Shown: piece after piece, positions 41,295-55,180 of the stretch | How the letters are laid out: each line of letters starts with the position of its first letter | How positions within the stretch are numbered: the stretch's first letter is position 1 | DNA from: Octopus sinensis | Taxonomy: Eukaryota | Direction: 5' to 3' | DNA length: 64,000 nucleotides | Assembly: GCF_006345805.1 (NCBI RefSeq) | Contig: NC_043007.1 | Span: forward strand, 68,386,001-68,450,000 | Program-made: the position numbers and the translations under genes | Notes under the pieces: model-generated | What the model was told of the DNA's origin: nothing | What the model saw: only the letters and a program-made list of their open reading frames with translations | Database searches by the model: none

Positions 41295-41735
41295 TAAAGA
41301 GAAAAGGTGAAAAATACACAGAAGATTTGTTTTACGGGATTTGAGTGTACATTAGAGCCTTGATAATAAAGATATACAATTTGGTACAAAATAAGGTTTT
41401 GTTCTTTCAACATAATTGAAGTAAGGACCGGTTTCGCATTGCTCATCAAGATGAGAGTTGAAAAAGATATATTTCTAGGGAGCAATATATATTTTTCCAC
41501 CTGGCAATATATCTTTTTCAACTCCCATCTCGATTAGCAATGCGAAGCCGGTCTTTACTTCAACCATGTTGAAAGAACAGAACCTTATTTTGTATAAAAT
41601 TGTATAATATTTTTACTATCATGGCTTTAATATACTCTTAAATCCTGTAAAACAAATCTTTTGTGTTTTTTCATCTTTTCTCTTTCTATATATATTCACC
41701 CCGTGTGTTTCCCCACTAAAATATTTTCTACCTTA
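41295..41735. mobile_element. Fold-back PLE-type unit in (TA)n (approx. 180-bp arms)
   Basis: Arms about 41295-41472 and 41506-41692; 3' half-HHR GAAA ccgg TC cttac at 41421-41435 (-). Confidence 0.8.
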
Positions 41736-41751
41736 TATATATTTATATATA

Positions 41752-41791
<40 letters not shown>

Positions 41792-41808
41792 TATATATAT
41801 ATAATATA

Positions 41809-41850
<42 letters not shown>

Positions 41851-41854
<4 letters not shown>

Positions 41855-42390
41855 GTAAATATAAGAGAGTTACCGTTAAGTGGTTAACTCTAGTGCTAAA
41901 AATAGCTGCTTATTCTGGTATAGCCACCGAAGTTGTTTCCATAAAGAAATAACATTACCATCAACATAAGGAAAGTGAAATACAACGAAAAGATAGATTA
42001 ATGCTGAACAATTGTTTCTTTATCAATATAATATGCAATTATACTCACATATTTATCTATAAATCATCAGCAGCATTTGTCTTCGATACAATTTATTAGA
42101 CCCTCACGGGCGACAAATACCAATGCGGTCCAATCGATTGCATACATAGTTGTGATTTATGTTCCCCGCCAAAAACATGGTAAGACTTAGTGGAAATGAA
42201 TACTGCATATAATATTTACTGCAGTATATTAAATTTATAATTTTTAGCACTAGAGTTAACCACTTAACGGTAACTCTCTTATATTTACGTATAAATTTGT
42301 ATTGTCTCCCTGGTTTTTATGTGCTAGGCCACTTGGTGTTAAACCGATGGTATTATTAAATTAGTATCTATTTTTCACCCTCATTTATGA
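41851..42390. mobile_element. PLE-type unit with 5' inversion in (TA)n
   Basis: Perfect approx. 52-bp inverted repeat at 41851-41902 and 42241-42292; HHR on the inverted segment. Confidence 0.8.
42003..42074 (-). ncRNA. Type I hammerhead ribozyme, canonical core
   Basis: gctg CTGATGA ttta..taaa GAAA caattg TT cagc; palindromic stem III. Confidence 0.8.
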
Positions 42391-42512
42391 GTATATATAT
42401 ATATATATATCTGTATGTGTGTGCGTGCATATCCCTCTGTATACATTCGTACATACACACATACCTACCTACACACACACACACGCGCACACACACATAC
42501 ACACACACACGC

Positions 42513-42562
<50 letters not shown>

Positions 42563-43310
42563 TATATATATATATATAAGTATTCATAGATTAATATATG
42601 TGGATCGGTGTATGCATAAAATAGTTTATCACGGATGGAAAGCGTTTGCTATAATTTGCTTTATCAAGGGTAACCAGGGCCTAAATAACCCCTACAAATG
42701 ATTCCTATTGATAAGGAATTGTTTACATTACAGATTTTTTCATCCTTCGTCTGACATTGGTTGAATAACCGCGCAGTCATATATTGATGGCGTGTTGGTA
42801 ATAAACAAGCGAGGGATGTGCACAGAGGATCACAAGCGTTGTAGAGACAAACAGCAGCCTAAACAATTAAATATTTAAGATAAATCTTACTAACTACTGT
42901 TACAAAATATTACTATTGCCACTAACCTGTTCTATTCATGTCAATATACACACATCACTCACATATACACAAACACACAATCACACATATTATACACTCA
43001 CACGCAGCACTTCCTGATATACAAACACACTACTGGCAACTCACACTTGTACATATACAAAGTACATATATACACATATCAACTCTACACCCACACAAGT
43101 ATTGCCAGCATACACACACACATTCACACACACATTCTCACACACACGGACACACAAAGGCAAACAAGCGCGCGCATATGCACTATGGCCATTTTTGCAC
43201 TCTCCTGCCAGCAAAACCCGCACTCTTTATCTCTCTTCAACTTACAGGCAGTTATTTTTTCGGCCATGTAACGACACGCGTATATTTCTCAGACAACGAG
43301 TTCCAACCTC

Positions 43311-43760
43311 AAGGCGGCGAGTTGGCAGAAACGTTAGTACGCCGGGCGAAATGCTAAGCGTTATTTCGTCTGCCGTTACGTTCTGAGTTCAAATTCTGCC
43401 GAGATCGACTTTGCCTTTCATCGTTTCGGGGTCGATTAAATAAGCATCAGTTACGCACTGGGGTCGATATAATCGACTTAATCCGTTTGTCTGTCCTTGT
43501 TTGTCTTCTCTGAGTTTAGCCCCTTGTGGGTAGTAAAGAAATAGGTATTTCGTCTGCCATTAAGTTCTGAGTTCAAATTCCGCCGAGGTCGAATTTACCT
43601 TTCATCCTTTTGGGGTCGATAAATTTAGTACCAGTTACGTACTGGGGTCGATATAATCGACTTAATCCGTTGGTCTGTCTTTGTGGGTAGTAAAGAAATA
43701 TGTATTTCGGGGTCGATAAATTAAGTCCCAGTTGCGTACTTGTGCCTAGAGTAGAAAAGA
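43311..43760 (+). mobile_element. SINE family C with about 2.5 tandem internal units
   Basis: AGGCGGCGAGTTGGCAGAA head, GAGTTCAAATTC B box, repeated gtatttcgtctgcc...gggtagtaaagaaata. Confidence 0.85.
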
Positions 43761-44647
43761 ATAAGCTCTTTCCTCCTTTTCCTCCTGTCTGGACTTTTTT
43801 TTCGTCATTTCCATTCCTAATTTTCCATCTAAAATTTCATTGAATGTCAGTCAAATATATTTACTATGTACGTCTAATTGACCTATGTTGTTTTTATTAT
43901 TTGGTTATGTCCCACATTTACTCACACAGAACTGAAACGCTATTTGATTTGTTTTTCATCGTTGAATGTTCGCTCACACATAAAAAACATTCACGTTTTG
44001 CCATCACCCCTTCCTACCCTCACTTCCTTTCTCATATGTTATAACGGAGAAAACCACAAGAGTATTATTATAGTAGAAAGAATGTTTCTTTTTGTCTCTT
44101 TTGTTTAGTTAAATACAATATTTTAATCATTTAGAAATATTTTTAAGTGAACGTGATTTCAAAAATGTAAGTTTTTTTGAACAGGAAGTATTAATATTTT
44201 AGCTGTCTTTAAACAGACAATATTTTTATATTTAAAAAAATTATTTTCAAGTAAATACCTTCACAAAAAAATTTTGTCATATTAAAAATATTTTAAAGTG
44301 ATAATTGACTTCAAACATACGGTAAATATTTTGTAAAAGACCCGTTTGTAAGCTCGGTGTGAAATAGTTTTTTATTTCTTTTCCATTGGTTCTTTTCGAG
44401 TGCATTCAAAGTATCTTACCGCCAAATATTTGGCTGCTACTTCTAGCACGCCCTGCTACAACATAACAGCTATTTGCGAGAAAGGCCTCGAAATATCTGT
44501 TACGTGCTAGCAGGGCGTGCAAGAAATAGCAGCCAATTAATTTTCCTTTTTAGGAGAAAGGAGCTGTTTACGCGTGATTTCGTTGTCACATTCGTTGAAA
44601 GCATGGGAAGTAACCCGGAAAAAAAAGGCCATGAAACAAAACTCCGT

Positions 44648-44875
44648 AAGGCGGCGAGCTGGCAGAATCGTTAGCACACCGGGCGAAATGTGTAGCCGTA
44701 TTTCGTCTGCCGTTACGTTGTGAGTTCAAATTCCGCCGAGGTCGACTTTGCCTTTCATCCTTTCGGGGTCGATCAAATAAATACCAGTTACGCACTGGGG
44801 TCGATGTAATCGACTTAATCCCTTTGTCTGTCCTTGTTTGTCCCTTCTCTGTTTAGCCCCTTGCGGGTAGTAAAT
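44648..44875 (+). mobile_element. SINE family C (single unit)
   Basis: Matches 43311-43540. Confidence 0.85.
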
Positions 44876-45059
44876 CACTAAATCATCCATAACTTTTGTA
44901 TTATCCTCTCAAATTACACCAAAATCTTAGACAATAACAATTAATATCGTATTTATTGTCTGTGAAAATTATAGAATATAAAACAACTTTGATAAAAATT
45001 ATATCTACTTTTCTGACGAAAACAATGCCGTTCTGAACATTTTGGCCGCAAATGTATAT

Positions 45060-48000
45060 ACCCAGGCCTATTCCCTATTGTTTTAGGAGGGGGTAGCCAC
45101 AACAAGTCATACACCTGGTATCCCATTCATTTCCCAGCTCAAAGAGGCAAGCCCCGTTCTATGCGCAGGCAAGGCATAGAACGCAACCCTTAAAAGCAGC
45201 AGCGGGGCTCCACAGCATATGCTGGTATACCCTGCCACATCATGCTAGTTCCGTACCCCTTTGAGCAACATCAATTTAACTCATCCGTCCACAAAATCTC
45301 TCCAAGCTTTCCTATCATTTATGAACTCTCTTGCCTCTCTCACTCTAACACCTCTAACCACCAACGCTTTCCTCACTTCATCCGTCCACGCAAAACGAGG
45401 TCTGTTTCTGGTCTGCTGCTTACCACTTCTGCCTTCATCACCCTCCTTACTATCCGCTCCTCATCCATCCTTTCCATGTGGCCAAACTACCTTAACATTC
45501 GTCTATCTATTTTGGTTGTTAGTTTTCTCATTACTGCACCTCCTCACACCTGTCCATCCGTGTCACACCAACCATAGTCCTTAGACATCACATCTCAAAC
45601 ACATCTAGTCGCCTCCTTACTACCTTTCCCAGTCACCACTTATATGCACCATATAACATTGTCGGCACAATTACGCCCTCGTACACACCTCTTTTTGCTT
45701 TCATACTCAACCTTTTATCTCTCACCATACCTTTCACAACTTCAAGTATCTTACACCCCTCCCTCACTCTATAACCCACTTCCTCAGCCAATCCTCATCC
45801 GCCGTCACATGATATTTAAAAACACGCACCTCCTCTAACATCTCACCATTTATATTCATATCCATCCTACCAGCCATTCCGTCTCTCGGACATCTCATCA
45901 CCTTACTCTTAGCTATATTCATTTTCAGCTTCCTCCTCACACACTCTTCCAAACTCTACCACCCATCTCCCCCAGTTTCTCTTCAGAATCCGCCACTAGT
46001 GCTGTATCATCAGTAAACAAACACTGACTGACCTGCCATTTCTCTCCATTTTTCCCACCATTTGGACTCCCGTACCAAGGGTTCTAGCATTCACCGCTTA
46101 CACCACCCCATCGATATATAAGTTAAACAGCCACGGAGACATCACACAACTCAAACTGCTCACTTTACCATCCACATTAACGCACGTCCTACTTTCTCTA
46201 TAAAAACTCTGAACATTCTCAACATTCTACCATCTACTTTTCCATACATCTGCAACACCTGTCACATTGCATTCCTATCGACACGGTCATGTTCCTTCTA
46301 TAGGGCCATAAAAGCCCAATCCTTCCCTTTGCCAAAAACTTCTTACACATCTGCCTTACTACAAATATTTGATCTGCACACGCCCTTCCACTCCTAAAAC
46401 CACACTGCTCCTCTCCTAGAACACTCTCTGTCTGGTTCCTCACCCTAACAATCAAAGTTCTCCCAACCACACACAACAGACTTATACCCCTAAAATTTCT
46501 ACACTCACATTTATCCCCTTTCCCCTTGTACAATGGCACTATACATGCACTGCACCAGTCCTTTGGTACTCTTTTAGCCATATAACAAACATTCATAATC
46601 CTCACTAACCATTCAATCACTGTCACCCCTCCTTTCTTTAGGTATTCCACTGTACACCCATCTATACCCGATACCTTCCAATTTGCCATCTTCCGCAAAG
46701 ATTCCCTCACCCCCACTCTTCCGATTGCACCGTAGTTCCATTCCCCAACAACAGGCATTATCCTCCCTCCTCCTCCTACAGCTACTATACTTGCCTCCCT
46801 ATCATCCTCCATATTTAAAAGCTCACTAAAATACTCTGCCCATCTCCTTTGTACATCCTCACTTCCTTTCAACAAATTTCCTTTTACATCTTTCAGCCTT
46901 TCTTCTTTTCCTCCCACCACCTTTCTTACCCTATGTACCTCTTTCTAAAACATCATTTTTATTTCTTACAAAATTTTCACTCAACTTTTTCCCGAACCTT
47001 TCAATCGCCCCTCATTTCGCCACACTCACCACTCTCTTCACTCTCCTCTTCACTTCTCTGTAGCGATCATAAGCGTCTCCATCCCCTTTCTGCAACCACT
47101 CTTCCAAGACCCTTTTCTTATTTGCTACCGTATCTTCTACCTTCTCATTCCACCACTCACTACGTTTTCTCACACCCATTCTAGCCACTCGTGTTCCACA
47201 TACCTCAGAGGCACATCTCATTACAGTCTCTCTAAAAGCCTCCCACTCTTCCTCCATATTTCCTGCCTCCCATTTCTTAACCTGTTCATATTCAACTCCC
47301 AGTTTCTCTACATAGTCATGCACCTTCTCTCTCCTGTCCAGTTCAGTCATCTTCACAAACTTTCTCCTCTCCCTCACTCGTCTAGCATTCAATTTTGAGC
47401 ATAACTTCAACTTACCCTCTACTAAGAATTGATCTGGTGCACATCCACCTTCACCTCTCATTGCATCCACATCCACCAACCTTCCTACCACTCTCTTATC
47501 AATTAATATATAATCCATCAAGGTCCTATCCACTACTGTTCCTCCCTCCACCCTCAACCACATGAACTTATTCTTCGCCCACTTTTAAAAAAGACTATTC
47601 CCCACCACCAACTCCTGCTCCATAAACATTTCCAGCAACCTCCTTCCACTCTCATTCCGACCAGGAACTCCATATTTTCCTACTACTTTTTTCTGCTTCC
47701 TCATTTCCCACTCGCACATTCAAAACACCACCACATAACCACTTTTCCCCACCCTATCCACACACTCTGTCAGTTCCCTCCAGAAGGTCTTCCTCACTCC
47801 TTTCACTCCCAGGACCATATGCACTAAAACAACCACACTCATGTCTCCTCATCACCTCATCTTAACCCACATTAATCTTGAAGACACTTCCCTCCATTTC
47901 ACCACACTCTTCTTCAAACGCTCACTCACCAGTAATGCCACACCCTCACGAGTCCCTCTTCCCACTTCCGATACGCATCCAGTCACATCCCCAAACTGAT

Positions 48001-48165
48001 ACTCTCCCTTACATTTCATCTTAGTCTCGTTCAGTGCCAACACATCCATCCTTCTCCTCTTCATCATACTCCAAATCTTTACTTGTACTACACCCACGTA
48101 CATCCATGGCCTTAGTACCAGGGTGGGATTTGTGTTAACTTTCTACCACCCCCTTGTCTTTTTTC
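45060..48165 (-). mobile_element. Near full-length decayed RTE-clade LINE (APE + RT)
   Basis: DVLALNETK, EGVALLV, SRLMWV, LMDYILI, WWNEKV, RRWAEYFSELLN, IVPLYKGKGD..NFRGISLL, EEQCGFRSGRAC.DQIF, LFTDDTALVA, MNIAKSKVM, FKY; many frameshifts. Confidence 0.92.
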
Positions 48166-48225
48166 TTATCTTTTTAGGAATATGGATTTACTAAGTGTGT
48201 GTATATACAAGCAAACACACACATA

Positions 48226-48298
<73 letters not shown>

Positions 48299-48667
48299 AC
48301 ACACACACATATATATATATATATATACATACATGCGCACACACAAAGATACACCAACACAGCTATATAACCTTTATATAATGTCTTGCATTTGACTTGA
48401 AACCGAAACCATCATCGTAGAGCATTTATTTATAGAAAATGATAAGTGTATCCTTTATTCAAGAAGTAATATACTCACCAAAATAAACTGAAAGATCTCT
48501 CTAACTCTCATTTTGTCTCTGCCTGTCACTGTTTGCCTGTATGTTTGTCTCTCTCTTCTCTCTGTCTCTCTATCTATCTGCCTATCTTACTAACTTTCTC
48601 GCTCTCCTCTATCTGATCCTTTCTCTACTCTCCCTCTATCTGCCAGTCTATCTATCCATCTCTCCTC

Positions 48668-48669
<2 letters not shown>

Positions 48670-48736
<67 letters not shown>

Positions 48737-48853
48737 AATCTATCTATCTATCTGTCTGTCTGTCTGTCTGTCTGTCTGTTCATCTCTGTGTCGGTCTGTC
48801 TCTGTCTCCTGTCTCTCTATCTATCTGTCTAAATGGCAACCATCCATCCATCC

Positions 48854-48937
<84 letters not shown>
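48670..48937. repeat. (ATCT)n/(GTCT)n microsatellite block
   Basis: Direct reading. Confidence 0.95.
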
Positions 48938-48938
<1 letters not shown>

Positions 48939-49511
48939 AATATTTGTCTATCTGTCCGTCTGTCTTTCTGTCTGCCTGTCTTTTTGTTTGCTTGCTTGCT
49001 TCGCTTCCTTTCTGCCTTTCTCTCTGTGTATCAGCATGCATGTTTGCCTGTCAGTATTTCATTCTTTTTCTTTCACTATCAGTATCTATCGATCTCTGTT
49101 TTATATTTCCATCTAAAGGTTTCTTAAAGGGATCAAAGAATATATATGGCGCTTAAAAATCACAATTCGGATTAAAAGTTGCTGTATAAATTACAAAGGA
49201 TTCTTTAAATTTATGTCCTTGGTTTACTGACGTTGATTACTATAAATACTGGATAACTGTAGTTTTAGTTAACGTATTTCAATTATACTCACTGCAAAAT
49301 GATTGTTATAAAGTTTTTAGCTTTATAATCCGAGATTTAATGAACATCTTTAAACCTAGAGTGCGTATTATGAAACTCTAACCAAACGCGTAAATCCATA
49401 AATCCGTCATATTATCTTCTTCGTCATACATACATACATACATGCATACACACACACATACACACAAACACTCGCATACACAGGTGTATATGTTGACATA
49501 TGAAATAGATG

Positions 49512-49550
<39 letters not shown>

Positions 49551-49588
49551 GTATATGTATGCATATGTATGTAAATATATATGTATGC

Positions 49589-49632
<44 letters not shown>

Positions 49633-49831
49633 CATATCTATGTATATATGTATACACGCACACATAAGGGGAAGATGGGGGATTTTATTTGTATGTATAT
49701 ATTTATATGAATATATGGTCTCTTCTGTTTTTAATTATTTGAAATCTGACGAAGGAGCTGGTTTCTAACTAAGATACAAAGCTCATTCGTTGCAATGAAG
49801 ATGAGTGTGTGTATGTGTGTGTGTGTGTGCA

Positions 49832-49873
<42 letters not shown>

Positions 49874-52399
49874 TGTGTGCTGTATCCAATATTTATTCCG
49901 ATTCAAACACCTTACCTTCTGAATATGTCTCACAGTCACAGTCATTGCTCATCTATGAAATACTTGCATTAGCTACTTGAAGATTAAACACCTTTTAAGA
50001 AGAAAATCTCTTAGAGGTTATGTTGTCATTCTATTCTTCTTATATCTCTTCGTTCTCTCTTTTGCATTCTACCTCTTCCTTCTTTAACTGAACTTAAATA
50101 AACCAACGATTGAAATATTTCTATATTATGCAACATTTCATAGATTATTAAATCTAAATTTGGCACTATATCGCGATCAGAGACAATCATTTTGTCATGT
50201 TAACATAATCCTTATGGAAGGGTATTAAAGTATTGTACGAATATACGAAATTACTACGCACTATTCTCAATTCTGATAATTAAGATTAAGTAGAAGAAAT
50301 TAAAGAAGCAAAAGTAGAAGAAATGAAAGATTATCTATTAATGTTAAGTATAACAAATCACAAAAATATTTGTGACAAGAAATATGTGACTTATATACAA
50401 TAATAATTGCATATAAAATGATTAACTCTTTTCTTGATAATATAAGAGCCACAGCCGGAATTTGAGAGATGTTATGTTCTACTGCCTGTAGGGTCTGCTT
50501 GACCACTTTTTTTAAAAAGAAGGTGGCGAGCTAGCAGGCCGAATAAAATTCTTAGCAGTGTTTCGGCCGTTTTCATGTTCTGAGTTCAAATTCCGCCAAG
50601 TTTGACCTTACCTTTCGCCCTTTCGAGGTCGATAAAATGAGTACCCCCAAAATTGCTGGCATTGTACCAAACTTTGAAACCGATATTATATGAAATCCAT
50701 TCAGTAGATTTTTTTTTCTCAGTTATTTCGATTTGGGTTGACGGAGTGCTATTTATAAACAACTCTTCATATCATTATTTCATTATTATAAAGCAGAATG
50801 GTTTTGTGCTGGCAGAATGGTTTTGTGCTACTATTTAAGTTAGGCAAACGGTAACGGCGTCTTGATACTACTAATGTTTTACTGTTTTCTGCTATTTTTC
50901 ATCATGGCTTGACCCGCTGAATACCGTGTATTTGCTGTTGAAAAGTTAGTCAGCCTCTAAAATGTGAGAGGTTTCTTCTTTTTTTTTTACCGAATCCTGT
51001 ATAATACCAAACTAAGACAAGCGACGCAGATAATTAAAAAGCTATTCCAACATAGGACAGAAACATTAAGTATAAATCTTGTAATAATATATATGGGAAC
51101 TTGTACTATATATGGAACTCGTATTCCGCTACACGAAAAAGTCTGCCATTTGCTTTGCTTCTTTCGTTTTTTTCTCGATGTACTTTTCTATTTCCCATTC
51201 TGCTCGACAGAAATACATTCACACACACGCAAATTCAAACACATGCAAACACACAATAGACATAGACATACAATACAATATCCATGTATAAATATACTTA
51301 TATGTAGTATATGTGTGTCTGTGTGCGTTCGTGTGTGTGTGGTGTGTATGTATGTGGGGTGCTTAGATCAGCGGCTGTTATGTTATGGGTTCAAACAGAA
51401 TGGCTATAACGGATATGACGTGAGAACTTAACGTCTACAACGGATATGGATTACTGACATCCAATGAACTAGTGGTCTTATGATAAATACTCTTCTCTCT
51501 CTTATTTTCTCTCTCCCTCTCATACTCCAATCTCTTTCTCTCTGTCTGTCTTTTCTCGCTCTTGAAACGTATATACACTATCCCCCTCGAAACGCATAAT
51601 CACGTAATCGCAGGCTAACTTATTCGGTGTAATAACCAAAAATAAAAATTATGGCCGTCATGAGAAGAAAAGTCATCTGTGTTGATAATAATTATTGTCA
51701 CGGAAGAACTTATCTTGACCCTCAGCACTTTTAAGATGTTATAATGTCCGAAATCATACCGTAGAAAGATTGAAGGACAGAGAAAGACATAAACAGAGAG
51801 ATAGACAGATACACAAACAGACAGATAGATAAATAGATAGAGAGATAGAAAGAAATGGGTGACGGGAGTGAAAGAGAGAGAAAGAAAGAAAGAAAGACAG
51901 AAGAAAAAGAAGAAGAATCATCCTCAGTACAGGACTGGTACAATGAGGGCAATGTGGACCTCAGTGAGGTTCGAACTCAGAGCACAGAGATCCGGAGCGA
52001 TTACCATGTAGACAAGTAATCCAATGTACTGATGACCTCTTTGTAAGATGGGGAACCAAGAAATTTCTACTGATATAACTGCACCAAAAATATATATAAA
52101 CAATTACAACTTCAATACAACACTTAGTTATTTCAATTAATTGGTATAAAAAACTTATTGCTTAAATTAACTAATAATAATCTTCTATATTACTTATTTT
52201 CTCAGGGGTATAATTCCGTAGTAGACATGAATAGAAACCGAATGAAATTATTTTTTTCTTTGTTAATATAGACTCAATACTGTAAATACGATGACCAGTT
52301 AATATAGACTTAATACTGTAAATACGATGACAAAAATACCCCGTATATATAACCGGCCCAATGGTTTCGTTTCATGGCAGAATTAATAGTTAAGGCTTT

Positions 52400-52830
52400 T
52401 TAAGCATTTTATCTGTGTTCAAGTTCATCCTATGGTTGCGGAACTGTTTCCGGAGGGAAACGCAATCTTTCAGGATGATAATGCACCAATTCACACAGCT
52501 AAACTTGTTCCTGAATGTCACTAGGAATATTCTAGTGAAATTGAACAACTTATCTGGCCACCACAGACCTCAGAACTCAATATTATTGAGCATCTATGGG
52601 GCATTTTATATAAGCAAGTAAGGAGTCGATATCCTCCACCATTATCACTACAAGAACTGGAGACTGTTTTAGCTGAAGAATGGATAAAAATTCCCTTGGA
52701 AACAATTCAGAGTTTGTACGAGTCATACCTCGTCGAACTGAAGGTGTAATTCCTACCAAAGGCGGTTCCACCCCATATTAAAATAAAATTTGTTTGAAAT
52801 TTTAAGTGTGTTCCATTATTTTGTCCAACC
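52400..52830 (+). mobile_element. Tc1 (DD34E-type) transposon 3' part with TIR
   Basis: HPMVAELFPEGNAIFQDDNAPIHTAK..WPPQTSELNIIEHLW..LAEEWIKIP..KGGSTPY*; TIR TTCCATTATTTTGTCCAACC. Confidence 0.85.
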
Positions 52831-52847
52831 ATATATATATATATATA

Positions 52848-52897
<50 letters not shown>

Positions 52898-53134
52898 ATA
52901 TATATATATCTATATATATATATATATATTATTTATATTTATATATATATACATATATATATATATATACATACACACACACATATATATATATATACAT
53001 ACACACATATATATATATATATATACATATATATAATATATTATATTTATATATATATATATTATATATATATATATTTATGTATATATATATATAACAA
53101 AGTTGAGTTGTGGGGTATCGCACGAGTGGAATTA

Positions 53135-54572
53135 TATACGAAGGAACTTTTGAAAATGCAATTTAAAAGATGTTTATTTACTTAACCGGTTTCACTCTTT
53201 GGAAAAATATTGTCAAAAGTAACATAGAATATTATGAATTCAAAAAAATTTACATAATTGCCACATTACAGTATTTGGTAACAGGGACATGTTAAGGACA
53301 TAAAGAAGTACAACAGTGTGATGAGAATATTTGAAAAAATGGTCAGAAAAGAATAAACAAATATATTATTGGAAGTTTGGTTGCGTTAATTATTGGTTGT
53401 TGCAAATTGCCACATTACATGTATATATACAGTCTTTGGTAACAGGGACATGTTAAGGACATAAGAAAGTACAACAGTATGATGAGAATATTTGAAAAAT
53501 TGGGCAGAAAAGATTAAAACAAGTATATTATACATCTCAGGGTCAGTACAGAATATTATAAATTCAAGGCAAGGTTGTTTACTGACCTGTCCGTTTTAGC
53601 ACGGGCGGGCACGCATATATACACACACCATCCTACCCCCAAAAATTCTTTAAACAACACACATCTATTTTCGCCACCCTGGAACCATTCAAAAACACCC
53701 CCCCCAAAACACACGCAGACGCTGTATACGTGTGTGTGCACGCACACAGGGGCACGCACACTCACACCAGTCTCACCTCCATACAGGCACATATATACAC
53801 ACGCAGCACCATGTCAAATGCCATCCACACTCATGCATGCGTACACACGCACGCACACGCACACACGCACGCGCACACGCACGCACACACAACACCATGA
53901 CAACCACACACACTTGACAAACAGACGCCATCTGACCAAATACTACAGACACACAGACACATCTATTCACACCACATGTATGTGTATGCACGCACACATA
54001 CACGCAGAGAGACACACATATTCACCTCATCCTAACCCCAAAATCATTGATGCTTGAAGGAAAGCCAAAAAAAGAAAAAAACGGGTACATCTTTTTCAAT
54101 TCTACATTTCTGCTAAAACGGACATGTCAGTAAACAACCTTGCCTTGAATTCATAATATTCTGTACTGACCCTGAGATGTATAATATATTTGTTTTAATC
54201 TTTTCTGCCCAATTTTTCAAATATTCATACTGTTGTACTTTCTTATGTCCTTAACATGTCCCTGTTACCAAAGACTGTATATATACATGTAATGTGGCAA
54301 TTTGCAAAAACCAATAATTAACGCAACCAAACTTCCAATAATATATTTGTTTATTCTTTTCTGACCATTTTTTCAAATATTCTCATCACACTGTTGTACT
54401 TCTTTATGTCCTTAACATGTCCCTGTTACCAAATACTGTAATGTGGCAATTATGTAAATTTTTTTGAATTCATAATATTCCATGTTACTTTTGACAATCT
54501 TTTTCCAAAGAGTGAAACCGGTTAAGTAAATAAACATCTTTTAATTACATTTTCAACAAACTTCTTTCTATA
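53135..54572. mobile_element. Large fold-back PLE-type unit: approx. 450-bp arms, 510-bp CA-rich spacer, HHR-like motif in each arm
   Basis: Arms about 53150-53601 and 54111-54556; each arm has an internal approx. 110-bp direct repeat. Confidence 0.85.
54485..54529 (+). ncRNA. Hammerhead-like motif with U3-A8 core (mirror copy 53178-53222, -)
   Basis: ttactt TTGACAA tcttt-ttcc-aaaga gt GAAA ccgGTT aagtaa; palindromic AACCGGTT stem III. Confidence 0.55.
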
Positions 54573-54607
54573 TATGTATTATATATATATTATATATATA
54601 TATAATC

Positions 54608-54640
<33 letters not shown>

Positions 54641-54820
54641 CATATATATAATAATAATATTAGGGAATAAATCCAATTTACAGGGAAAAAAATCAGATTT
54701 AGGATTAAATCGATTTTAATTAAAATATTATAAAATATTATTCGAGACAAAACCACTATTTGCAAAACAACAAGGAAAGACTTAATCAATATAAATTTTA
54801 ATAAATAGTCAAAAAAACCG

Positions 54821-54863
54821 CCACTACAATCGTTTCTTGTCGTGATCGACAATCTTCAGGTGG
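54821..54863 (-). ncRNA. Minimal type I hammerhead ribozyme
   Basis: ccac CTGAAGA ttgtc-gatcac-gacaa GAAA cgattg TA gtgg. Confidence 0.85.
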
Positions 54864-54925
54864 ACTTCCAATAATTCAGTGTCAAATTATGAAGACTTCA
54901 TAATTTGACACTGAATTTTGGAAGT

Positions 54926-54968
54926 CCACCTGAAGATTGTCGATCAAGACAAGAAACGATTGTAGTGG
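54926..54968 (+). ncRNA. Minimal type I hammerhead ribozyme
   Basis: ccac CTGAAGA ttgtc-gatcaa-gacaa GAAA cgattg TA gtgg. Confidence 0.85.
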
Positions 54969-55180
54969 CGGTTTTTTTGACTATTTATTAAAATTTTATG
55001 TATTGATTAAGTCTTTCCTTGTTTGTTTTGCAAAATAGTGGTTTTGTCTCTAATAATATTTTATAATATTTTACTATAAAATCGATTTAATCCTAAATCT
55101 GATTTTTTCCCTGTAAATTGGATTTATTCCCTAATATTTATTATTTATATATTATATATATATATATATAATATATATAT

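Larger units (their letters stand above)
54656..55138. mobile_element. Approx. 480-bp palindrome (1-nt centre at 54895) of an HHR-bearing PLE-type unit in (TA)n
   Basis: Arms are reverse complements with few mismatches or indels. Confidence 0.92.

Noticed and set aside
43311-43760. CRISPR-like or satellite array
   Set aside because: Eukaryotic SINE tandem units with no repeat-spacer structure
49741-49790. CTGACGA followed by gagct/agctc pairing
   Set aside because: No downstream GAAA, stem III or cleavage site
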